This document shows, piece after piece, positions 17,842 to 25,864 of a stretch of 33,194 nucleotides of DNA. Under the pieces are notes generated by a model. That model had not been told where the DNA came from and did no database searches. It saw only the letters and a list, made by a program, of their open reading frames with translations. Position 1 is the stretch's first letter. Each line of letters begins with the position of its first letter. Location: positions 1 through 33,194 of the IMG/VR virus record IMGVR_UViG_3300044647_001071. One strand, 5' to 3'. The DNA comes from a virus (Duplodnaviria > Caudoviricetes). A program made the translations under genes and the position numbers.

Positions 17842-17884
17842 TATAACTCTCACTTTCTACATTTGTAGTAAGATATATTACCAT
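17834..17884 (-). pseudogene. 16-codon mini-ORF MVIYLTTNVESESYNG, possible GIY-YIG homing endonuclease remnant
   Basis: ATG at 17884 preceded by AGGTGA; stop TGA at 17834-17836 overlaps the portal 5' end; resembles the GIY-YIG N-terminus MxIYxTTN...YxG. Confidence 0.4.
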
Positions 17885-17919
17885 TTATCACCTGTTTTTA
17901 TTGTGTATTAGTCCATAGA

Positions 17920-17928
17920 TATAAATAT
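17920..17928 (-). promoter_or_regulatory. Putative late promoter motif ATATTTATA upstream of portal
   Basis: + strand TATAAATAT. Confidence 0.55.
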
Positions 17929-17954
17929 GGATTAGAATAATCTAACGTCATTTT

Positions 17955-19553
17955 TTAGAGAAGCCAAGTAAGGTCTTCGTTTGGTTTCTTATCCCCAACG
18001 TCCATCGTCCAACCAGAATCGGAAAGTGGATTTCTCATATTCGTTGTACTGATTACCGACGTTGTTTTTCTCATATAGTCCAACGCCAACCTTGTTCGCA
18101 TCATACCTTCTTGACGTAGTTTGAGTGCGGTATCACGAATCCAAAGTCCCATAGCAAATGACATAACCAAGTCATCGTTATATCCTGTTTGAGCTTCGGC
18201 TCTACCACCGTTCCAAACGAATACGAACATTTCTTCAGCTAAACGATTTGACTTGATGACTGGTGCACGTTCTCTGAAGTACATCTCATACTTTGATACC
18301 ACGAGTGGTCTTGTCTTTGATGTCATTGAGAATCCCGGCACCATTTGTGATTTATCTTTGAGGTCATATCCCTTTGGTATATGAACCGATGGGTCTGTAT
18401 AACCATCTTCTTTGTATGTGTAGTAAAGGTTTGGATAACCACGGTCAATTATTTGTTGGATTACAGCCCAACCGATAGTCGCATTTTCAACTACAAGTAA
18501 GGCATCGTTGTATTCGGTTGCCAAAGATACAAGAAGATTTCCGTAAGATTTTGTATCTAACTTACCACGGTATTCTGCGACTTGTTCAATGTTTTCTATG
18601 TCCATAATGTGAAAGGCAGAATAATCCTTACCATCACCACGGGCAACGTCAGCACATATCATATATGTCTTATTAGGGTCAGGGTCGTCCCATATCCAAA
18701 GGGCACCTTCGGCACCTCTCTTCTCTCTTGGTTCACATACATAAGTTTTCTGATACCAGTCAATTGTATTACCGTCAACAACAGATTGACCCGATGAAAG
18801 GAAGTCACCATCACACTCTTGGGCAGCAAGTGCAGGTCCAAGAATGATGTCTTGTTGGTCTCTCCAAGCTTGGTCTCTTTCAGGATGAACCGTCCAGTGA
18901 AGGAAGATTGGATTGAAAGCACTTGTTCCTGTCTTTGCATTGACCCATTGTTTATGGTAAAAATTACCAACCCCGTTAGGAGTAGAGTTGATAATTGCAG
19001 AACCACCAGTGTTGATTGTAGACTGTGCAGAGGCCCAAATTTCCTCGATGTTATCAATGAAAGCGGCCTCGTCGATGATGAGAAGTGAAAGAGCTTCTGA
19101 ACGAGCTGCATCAGCAGCAGCTGAAACGGCTTTTATCTGTGAACCATTCTTGAAACGAAGTGAGAGTTTGTTATCTTCTACCACCGCAGTTTTCAACCAC
19201 GATGGAAGATTATCATACATAACTCTGACCTTCGTTACGAGGTTCTTTGCAGTTTCTTGTTTGGTGGCAATAACGAGAATGTTTTGGTCTGTTTGGAATA
19301 ACATCAACCAAAGAGAATAACCAGCAATAAGAGTTGAGATACCCAACTGACGAGACTTGAGACAGATATTGTATCGTTCGTTTTGGAAATCTTTTAGAAC
19401 AGATTCCTGAAAGTCCCACAGTTCAAAAAGGATTTTACCACGAACAGGATGTTGAATCTTGGCGTATTTTCTCATAAAGTATCCCGGATTAGAGGCACAC
19501 TTTACATATTCTTCTTTGATTATATCCCGTAACGTTTTGTTTTGTTGAACCAT
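17955..19553 (-). CDS. terL: Terminase large subunit (T4 gp17-like)
   Basis: LKSRQLGIST (Walker A region), LLIIDEAAF (Walker B), STPNG, ADVARGDGKDYSA and DDLVMS. Start moved to ATG 19553, a TAATG overlap with the upstream gene. Confidence 0.96.
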   Translation of the reverse strand: MVQQNKTLRDIIKEEYVKCASNPGYFMRKYAKIQHPVRGKILFELWDFQESVLKDFQNERYNICLKSRQLGISTLIAGYSLWLMLFQTDQNILVIATKQETAKNLVTKVRVMYDNLPSWLKTAVVEDNKLSLRFKNGSQIKAVSAAADAARSEALSLLIIDEAAFIDNIEEIWASAQSTINTGGSAIINSTPNGVGNFYHKQWVNAKTGTSAFNPIFLHWTVHPERDQAWRDQQDIILGPALAAQECDGDFLSSGQSVVDGNTIDWYQKTYVCEPREKRGAEGALWIWDDPDPNKTYMICADVARGDGKDYSAFHIMDIENIEQVAEYRGKLDTKSYGNLLVSLATEYNDALLVVENATIGWAVIQQIIDRGYPNLYYTYKEDGYTDPSVHIPKGYDLKDKSQMVPGFSMTSKTRPLVVSKYEMYFRERAPVIKSNRLAEEMFVFVWNGGRAEAQTGYNDDLVMSFAMGLWIRDTALKLRQEGMMRTRLALDYMRKTTSVISTTNMRNPLSDSGWTMDVGDKKPNEDLTWLL

Positions 19554-19930
19554 TACAATATCACGCCCAAAATGATTGTTGCTACTGTTGCACCACCACC
19601 GAACCATATCCACTTATTGTCATACCACTTCGGCATCATAATGTCAATAGTCTCACGGAGTTTCTTATTTTCTTGTTCCATTAGATTGATTACCGTTTGA
19701 CGGTTTTCTAATTGACTTTCGTAAACAAGTGCTCGTTGTTTTTGTGTACTAACGAGAGTATCTTGTGCAGTGATTATATCTTTTTGCCAACGAATAGTGT
19801 CTTTTAGTAATTGGATTTTGTTGGCAAGAGTAAGTATGTTACTTTTTGGCAAACAAACTACTGAGTCTTGTGATTGTCCACTTGATGTAATAACTGCAAG
19901 TAGAAATAAAATTGGTAATGTCCATTTCAT
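19553..19930 (-). CDS. Secreted coiled-coil protein with C-terminal TM (spanin-like candidate)
   Basis: Signal peptide MKWTLPILFLLAVITSSG, coiled coil, C-terminal WIWFGGGATVATIILGVIL; SD GAGGAG. Confidence 0.6.
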   Translation of the reverse strand: MKWTLPILFLLAVITSSGQSQDSVVCLPKSNILTLANKIQLLKDTIRWQKDIITAQDTLVSTQKQRALVYESQLENRQTVINLMEQENKKLRETIDIMMPKWYDNKWIWFGGGATVATIILGVIL

Positions 19931-19931
19931 A

Positions 19932-20252
19932 TCACTCCTCGATGAACTCTTCTAGAAATTTTACCGCCGAATCTGAATGATTGATTGGTGGTGTTTTGTA
20001 TTTTATAAATGTTTGTTTTACTATCTTTACCGTTTCTTCTTGATGTGTAACGGCAGAATCTAGCAATTGTGCAACTACAAGAATACTGTCATACTTTTGG
20101 TGATACTTGTTTACTTCTGCACGAAGTGAATCAGCAATTCTCATGTTTTCTGTTACTCGGTCATCGACCATCATAGAAGAATAAATAGCCATACCAACAC
20201 CACCGATGGCGATTACTGGTACTAGGATATTCATAATAATGTTCTTTATCAT
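19932..20252 (-). CDS. N-terminal TM coiled-coil protein (i-spanin-like candidate)
   Basis: ILVPVIAIGGVGMAIY followed by a helical region. Confidence 0.6.
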   Translation of the reverse strand: MIKNIIMNILVPVIAIGGVGMAIYSSMMVDDRVTENMRIADSLRAEVNKYHQKYDSILVVAQLLDSAVTHQEETVKIVKQTFIKYKTPPINHSDSAVKFLEEFIEE

Positions 20253-20597
20253 TTACTTACTCGGATTCGTTGATACAAATTTCGCTTTACCACGTCTTGT
20301 TGAACCGTGTTTTCTTTTACGAGTTACCGCACTTTTCTTTTGTTTAGAAGACATACGATAGGCACGACCAGCAGGAACACATTTAGGATAGGCACGTTTA
20401 CCACCCTTACGTTGTTTAGAACCAGCAGACGCACCACAGGCAGGATGACCTCCAGATTTTGTTTTACGAGAGATGTCAACCCACTTTTCCTTGAACCATT
20501 TGCGAAGTCCACCAGAAGGTTTTTTTCCTTCCGTTAGAACTTCACGTTTGTATTCATGTAAGACTAATTCTAATATGTGTTTTTGGCATGGTGTCAT
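20253..20597 (-). CDS. Small basic protein (GLRKWFKEKWVD...YPKCVP type)
   Basis: Lys/Arg-rich; likely start at ATG 20597. Confidence 0.75.
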   Translation of the reverse strand: MTPCQKHILELVLHEYKREVLTEGKKPSGGLRKWFKEKWVDISRKTKSGGHPACGASAGSKQRKGGKRAYPKCVPAGRAYRMSSKQKKSAVTRKRKHGSTRRGKAKFVSTNPSK

Positions 20598-20601
20598 AAA
20601 G

Positions 20602-20609
20602 ATAAATAT
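20602..20609 (-). promoter_or_regulatory. Putative late promoter motif ATATTTAT, 4 nt before ATG
   Basis: + strand ATAAATAT. Confidence 0.45.
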
Positions 20610-21619
20610 CAACAGGGTTTAGAATTTTCCGATTGTTTTTTCAATCCATCCTTTGCTTTTTTCAGTTTTTCGCCGGCTTTCAAAAATTCACCATCTGGAT
20701 CTTTATTCAATTTTTCTTGACGTTCTTTTTCTTTTTTAGAACCACTTGAATTTGGATCACCGGGTGGTTTTGAAAAGTTTATATTTGGAAATGGAATATT
20801 CAACATTGAAAACCACGGTATAGGTGGTCCTGGAATTGGTGAAGGAAAGAACGGTATTATTCCGAGATAAACTCCAGCGACTGTCAATTGATGTAATACT
20901 AAACTGTTGTATAGTTTACCGATAGCTTGTAGAACAGTGTTCCCTTTTGAGAATGTTTTTGACAAATCAGAATTTAGTGGAACGGGAAGTCCAGGTAGTA
21001 AAATTATCGCGCCAGTTGTTGGACCTATGCACGGTGGCATTGGAGGAACTGGTGACATCTTCGCAGTTATCCAATACAAACAATATCCAGTAGCCATTAC
21101 AAGATATGCTATTTTTGAAACATCTAATAAATCAATCATACCCTGAAGTTTTTTCATACATTTATAAACTTCTCCAAGTTTATTACTTCCAGCTTCCAAT
21201 AAATCTTTGAATATACCCCCGATCAAACTTTTCAAAATCGGAGAGACAAATAGAAGAGGAGCTGGTAGTGAAGATACCAAACGGTCTATTGTATTATTTA
21301 CACTTTTTTGAGCATCTTTTACTGCAGTTTTTATTCCAGATTCAGCGGCTTGGATTGCACCACGAATCGTAGATAAAACTTCAGATAAAGTGGATTGTAA
21401 TTGACCACCATAAAAGTTTATATCAAGACTGAGCTTTACGAATGTTTTTAGAATAGACTTATCTGCGTTCAAAAGTGGTGCACCAAAAGGTGTTGTTGTT
21501 TGACCTATGTTTGATAAATGATAGGCATTTACCATAGCGTCTGCCGCGGCATCTCTATCCTTTGGTAGATGAAACTGAAACTGTGGAGTCAGTAATGTTT
21601 GGTACAAACCCTGATTCAT
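20609..21619 (-). CDS. Hypothetical Pro-rich protein (336 aa)
   Basis: Long ORF in the operon with SPVPPMPP and PSPIPGPPIPW segments. Confidence 0.8.
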   Translation of the reverse strand: MNQGLYQTLLTPQFQFHLPKDRDAAADAMVNAYHLSNIGQTTTPFGAPLLNADKSILKTFVKLSLDINFYGGQLQSTLSEVLSTIRGAIQAAESGIKTAVKDAQKSVNNTIDRLVSSLPAPLLFVSPILKSLIGGIFKDLLEAGSNKLGEVYKCMKKLQGMIDLLDVSKIAYLVMATGYCLYWITAKMSPVPPMPPCIGPTTGAIILLPGLPVPLNSDLSKTFSKGNTVLQAIGKLYNSLVLHQLTVAGVYLGIIPFFPSPIPGPPIPWFSMLNIPFPNINFSKPPGDPNSSGSKKEKERQEKLNKDPDGEFLKAGEKLKKAKDGLKKQSENSKPC

Positions 21620-21622
21620 ATA

Positions 21623-22201
21623 TTATGTTTTATCTATTGCACCTTTACCACTCGAAGGCCATCCGAATCTACATGACCAATAACGGGCGGATGTTCTAGG
21701 TCCAGGAGTATCACAATTATGTCTTGCACGAAATGACTTACGTCTTGCTGCATTTGATTTCTTTATTCTCATCGTTTTCTTACCACCTTCACCCTTGTGT
21801 CCAAAGTTTACTTTTACAACATTACCCTTTGGATTCTTTACATACACAGAGAATTTCTTTGGGCCACCTGGAGTTCTGAATGGTTTACCTAATGATACTT
21901 TACGTCCACGGTATTCAGCTTCACCGAGGACTTCTGTTGTTGCCTCTTGAATACCAAAATGTAATTCTGTGATTTTACCACACTCATTTGTTTTATATGA
22001 TTCAAGACGATAAACAGGATTATTGACCGTTGTTGACTCATTACGATAACCACCACCGGCAGCTTTATACGCTTTTACAAGTGCGGCCGAGGCATAAGCA
22101 CTCGGCCATACTTTGAATTTTTTCTTTATACGTGACTTTACACTACTGTATAATTTTTTATTAGTAGGTACTGCACGTTCTATAACAATAGATTTTGACA
22201 T
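21623..22201 (-). CDS. Two-module basic protein (WPSAYAS..LVKAYKAAGGGY and AEYRGRKV...RARHNC...RYWSC)
   Basis: Two basic modules typical of large-virus proteins, each preceded by an I/L-x-E motif. Confidence 0.8.
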   Translation of the reverse strand: MSKSIVIERAVPTNKKLYSSVKSRIKKKFKVWPSAYASAALVKAYKAAGGGYRNESTTVNNPVYRLESYKTNECGKITELHFGIQEATTEVLGEAEYRGRKVSLGKPFRTPGGPKKFSVYVKNPKGNVVKVNFGHKGEGGKKTMRIKKSNAARRKSFRARHNCDTPGPRTSARYWSCRFGWPSSGKGAIDKT

Positions 22202-22203
22202 AG

Positions 22204-22440
22204 TTATTGTCCCTTACGTGAAAACTTCTCTGCGGCTGCAACACCGAGACCAACAATGATAATATACATCAAACCTTCAAAGATAAACTCTGTGATTTGA
22301 AATCCCCAAAAAAGATTTGCACCCCATGTAACTAACATGGCAAGTACACATAAGAATGTAACAACTCGTTTTGATGAGACCGATCCGTCAACATCTGAAA
22401 TCATTGAAGCCAATCCTGACTTTAGTTGTTCAATCACCAT
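22204..22440 (-). CDS. Two-TM small membrane protein (holin-like candidate, 78 aa)
   Basis: Start moved to ATG 22440 with SD GGAGA (22444-22448); SSKRVVTFL, two TM helices and a basic C-terminus. Confidence 0.65.
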   Translation of the reverse strand: MVIEQLKSGLASMISDVDGSVSSKRVVTFLCVLAMLVTWGANLFWGFQITEFIFEGLMYIIIVGLGVAAAEKFSRKGQ

Positions 22441-23029
22441 AGTTCTCCAATTTCTGAATAAAATCTTCACGAAACTTTTGAAACTCATCTTCAATCTTCT
22501 GTAAGAGTTCCTCTTTTGTTTTACCGGTGTCCCATTTTTCAACGTCACCAAATGAATTTACAAATTCTGTTCTTGAAAGTTCTTCTGCAATTACATTTTT
22601 ATCCTTTTCAGCTTCTGCCAACCATGCCATTGCATTTAGTTTCATTTTTTCTCTTTCATATTCATCCCATCTTCCGTCTATCCTTATCTTATGTTCCATT
22701 TCTGTAACACAGTCAAGGCACATACCGTGTAACGCCTTCATTTTGTTATCAACATTCTTTGGCATATTACACGTACAAACTTCTTTCGGGCAATTCTGAA
22801 ACGTATTGAGATAACCGTGAAGGTCTTGTTGCCAATCCTTTCCTAACTTTATTTTATACCCTTCTTTCTGTTCCCACTCATTACCATCTTCATCCTTCCA
22901 TCTATCACCAACACTCCTTGTTATCTTTTCTTCCGGTTCTCCCGTATATCCCGTTTGAACGGAAGTTTGAGAAGTGTGTTCTCCTTTTAGAAGTTGTTTG
23001 ACATCGTTTACACTGTCAATCTTTACCAT
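22430..23029 (-). CDS. Hypothetical protein with Cys cluster (CPKEVCTC...CLDC), possible Zn-binding
   Basis: 199-aa ORF with the Cys motif and VGDRWKDEDGNEWEQKEG. Confidence 0.8.
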   Translation of the reverse strand: MVKIDSVNDVKQLLKGEHTSQTSVQTGYTGEPEEKITRSVGDRWKDEDGNEWEQKEGYKIKLGKDWQQDLHGYLNTFQNCPKEVCTCNMPKNVDNKMKALHGMCLDCVTEMEHKIRIDGRWDEYEREKMKLNAMAWLAEAEKDKNVIAEELSRTEFVNSFGDVEKWDTGKTKEELLQKIEDEFQKFREDFIQKLENYGD

Positions 23030-23065
23030 ATACCACCATCGAATAAATGAAACTATTTACTATAA

Positions 23066-25348
23066 TTATGTCTTGAATTTGAAATAACCCAATAATTGGT
23101 TTATCGGAGCAAATGCACCCGTTAGTTTATATGTCTTACCGTTGAATGTAAACACAATTCCTTCCAATGGAACTATTGAGTCCATACCACCGGCAGCATC
23201 AATTCTCTTCAATTGTTTTTTGAGAACGTTTATATCTTCCAACTTTTTAGAAGATGAGAGAGTTTGTATTGCATTCTTGACATCCAACTTCATTTGACTT
23301 GTAGTTTTCTTTGGATCTATTGCCATTACACTCTGAACATTCTTTAGAACTTCTGCGCCAAACTCTAACACGAGTAATTCAAACGGTTGAACATTCTTTT
23401 GCATTTGTTCTTGGACTTTCAGTTTATCCGTATTCTTTGCCCAAGTCAAAAGATTGCCGTCAGATATATTTGTACTGTTTAGGGCAAACGACTTATCATA
23501 AAATGCCCATCTTTTTACAAGTCCTTCCATTGTCTTCTCATCTATCGTCAGACCAGCTTCTTTTGTGTTCTTTTTGATATACTTTTCCCACCAACGTTGA
23601 TGCCATACACCAATGGTGTCAGTATCTAAACAATTCATCTTATTCTGAAGAGTTGTTAGTTTTGTTACAAAGTAATTCAGTCGTTGATTGAACTTTTTAG
23701 TCTTACCAACCACGATTGATTTTGGTTTGGTAATACTAAATGTTTCTTGTGAATGTGCATTTACTTGTTCTATCATTCCGGCTAAAACTCTTGCATAGTC
23801 AGGATAATCTTCTATCTTTTCACCTTTATCATTATACAAAGAAACTCCGTGAAAAACAATATAAGCACCGTCGTAGTTGATTACATTTGCACTTTTCGGG
23901 TACATAATTTCAAGATTCATCCAAGCTTTACCATCTTGAAAAATCTTCTTTTGTTGGTTTAGAGTTAGTTTTTGAATTGCCTTTTCCAAATCAGAGAACG
24001 CAAATGTAAATGCCTCTTCAATAGCACCACGACCACCAAACTTCGTCTTGATACTTTCATAATCCATTCCACCATTCTTGATGTCACCTTTATTTCTGGC
24101 AGCATATAGTTTACCTTTTCTAAATGAAGCAAAAAGATTTTGACCGTCTAATTTTTCTGTTGGTTTTCCTGTTGTTGTTATTTCACCCGATAATCCAAGT
24201 CGGAACATTTCTTTCATGTCACCAAATGTAAGACCGAAGTCTTCAAATGGATGTGTCATGTGTCCTGCTGCACCACCTTCTTTTAGAAGTGGTTTATCTT
24301 CCTTAGCAACTTCTGTAAATACTTCATTCCAAAATTCTCTACGAACTACGGAGAGACGTTCTCCCGCAGGTTCATCAGATTCTGGAAGAAGATTGATGTT
24401 GAACTTCTTAGCGAGTTGAACGATAACAGGAATCAATAACATTGTTCCTGGTATTGGTATTGCCGCAATAGCCCCAAGACCCATAAGTTTGAACGTATCT
24501 TTCATTTGTTTCTGAAAGATTGCCTTTTCTTGGTCGGTAAGTTTTCCTGTTTTTACAAACTTTTGTATTATTGGAAGGAGGTCTTTTGTATCCCCGTATT
24601 CTTTTTTGATAATACCAAAGAATAAATCAGACTGAACTTGAGACATATTTAGGAGTGCCCTCATCCATTCATTTAGGTCTTCTTTTAGTTTACTACGTTT
24701 AGTATTCAACTTACTTATTACTAAGTTGAAAATACTCGCATCAAACCAACCAAAAATTTGTTTGAAACGGTATCTCAATTCGGCCAACTTTGCATCGTTA
24801 TCTCCGAGTGCCTTACGAATATTTGTTCCTGACATTTCACCGAATGAAGGTATATTGTATGAAACGTGTGGTGCATAAACATAATATGTGTAAGGGTCTA
24901 CGAGATCTTTTGCAGGGATGAAAGTTGTTCTGTTGTACGCCATAAGACGTTTGAAACCTTTGAGTCTTCCCTTATCTTTTTCACCAATCATGTAAACTAT
25001 TGAAGTAGTTTTTGGATCTAGTCCTGTTTTTTCAAAGAATTCTTGTGGATTGTAAGGACTAACTATTTTTACAATTTGACTTGACGGCACTCCGTGTTTT
25101 ACCATTATTCGTTTCTTTTCTTCAAAGTTGAATGGAGATTTTTGTCCATCTACTTTATCAGAAGTAACGATGTAAGTATTTTTATCACCAAACTGTTTTT
25201 TCAACCACATATAAGCATCTCTGTGATGAATGCCCATTGGTTGAAAACGACCAGGATATACAGCTACGATTTTTCCTTTATTTGAATCTTCTTCATTAAA
25301 GATTTGGAGTTTTAGCTCTTTGATTATTTGTTCTATAAGTCTATTCAT
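23066..25348 (-). CDS. Multidomain protein: HIGH-family nucleotidyltransferase + LETM1-like segment + ligase-like covalent nucleotidyltransferase
   Basis: VYPGRFQPMGIHH, SPFNFEEK and MSGTNIR; QMKDTFKL..IPIPGTMLLIP..LLPES; TEKLDGQN, NLEI, EGIVF and YKLTG. Confidence 0.7.
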   Translation of the reverse strand: MNRLIEQIIKELKLQIFNEEDSNKGKIVAVYPGRFQPMGIHHRDAYMWLKKQFGDKNTYIVTSDKVDGQKSPFNFEEKKRIMVKHGVPSSQIVKIVSPYNPQEFFEKTGLDPKTTSIVYMIGEKDKGRLKGFKRLMAYNRTTFIPAKDLVDPYTYYVYAPHVSYNIPSFGEMSGTNIRKALGDNDAKLAELRYRFKQIFGWFDASIFNLVISKLNTKRSKLKEDLNEWMRALLNMSQVQSDLFFGIIKKEYGDTKDLLPIIQKFVKTGKLTDQEKAIFQKQMKDTFKLMGLGAIAAIPIPGTMLLIPVIVQLAKKFNINLLPESDEPAGERLSVVRREFWNEVFTEVAKEDKPLLKEGGAAGHMTHPFEDFGLTFGDMKEMFRLGLSGEITTTGKPTEKLDGQNLFASFRKGKLYAARNKGDIKNGGMDYESIKTKFGGRGAIEEAFTFAFSDLEKAIQKLTLNQQKKIFQDGKAWMNLEIMYPKSANVINYDGAYIVFHGVSLYNDKGEKIEDYPDYARVLAGMIEQVNAHSQETFSITKPKSIVVGKTKKFNQRLNYFVTKLTTLQNKMNCLDTDTIGVWHQRWWEKYIKKNTKEAGLTIDEKTMEGLVKRWAFYDKSFALNSTNISDGNLLTWAKNTDKLKVQEQMQKNVQPFELLVLEFGAEVLKNVQSVMAIDPKKTTSQMKLDVKNAIQTLSSSKKLEDINVLKKQLKRIDAAGGMDSIVPLEGIVFTFNGKTYKLTGAFAPINQLLGYFKFKT

Positions 25349-25352
25349 ATTT

Positions 25353-25802
25353 TTACGGTTTAGTTGGCCAAATTATGTTGAAAGGATCTTGTTGTGATGT
25401 AATATCTCTTAGTTCTTGACGATATGTTTGCCATTCTATCTTCTTCTCTTCTGAAAGTGGTGAGTCAGATAACTGTGTCCAATCTGATTCTAATAGAAGT
25501 TCATTTCTTTGAACTCTTATATTTTCCCACATTTGATTTGTTTCTTGTTCTAGTTCCTGTTGTGTTTTTTCTCGAACTTGTTCGTACTGAACTACTTCGA
25601 TTCCTTCAATAACAAACATCTGACCCGTCGTAATACTGTTGTTTGTTTTATTTGGGTTTGGAACAAAACGAACAGGAAACCATCCATAAGAACGTAACCT
25701 TTCGTCGTCTAATAGATAAAAATTAGAAACGTCTACCCAATTTTGTGGGAGTGGTCTTGGATAACCTTTTACTTCACCATTTTCAACTTGTATATAATCC
25801 AC
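25353..25802 (-). CDS. Tail fibre assembly chaperone-like protein
   Basis: C-terminal WENIRVQRNELLLESDWTQLSD..WQTYRQELRDI..WPTKP; GTG start with GAGGT. Confidence 0.85.
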   Translation of the reverse strand: MDYIQVENGEVKGYPRPLPQNWVDVSNFYLLDDERLRSYGWFPVRFVPNPNKTNNSITTGQMFVIEGIEVVQYEQVREKTQQELEQETNQMWENIRVQRNELLLESDWTQLSDSPLSEEKKIEWQTYRQELRDITSQQDPFNIIWPTKP

Positions 25803-25819
25803 TTAAAATACCTCATAAA

Positions 25820-25852
25820 CAAAAAGAGACATATTCTATAAATATGCCTCTT
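25820..25852 (-). terminator. Terminator hairpin with embedded putative late promoter (ATATTTATA, 25837-25845)
   Basis: Minus strand AAGAGGCATATT-TATAG-AATATGTCTCTT then TTTG. Confidence 0.65.
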
Positions 25853-25864
25853 CGTAGATTACCA

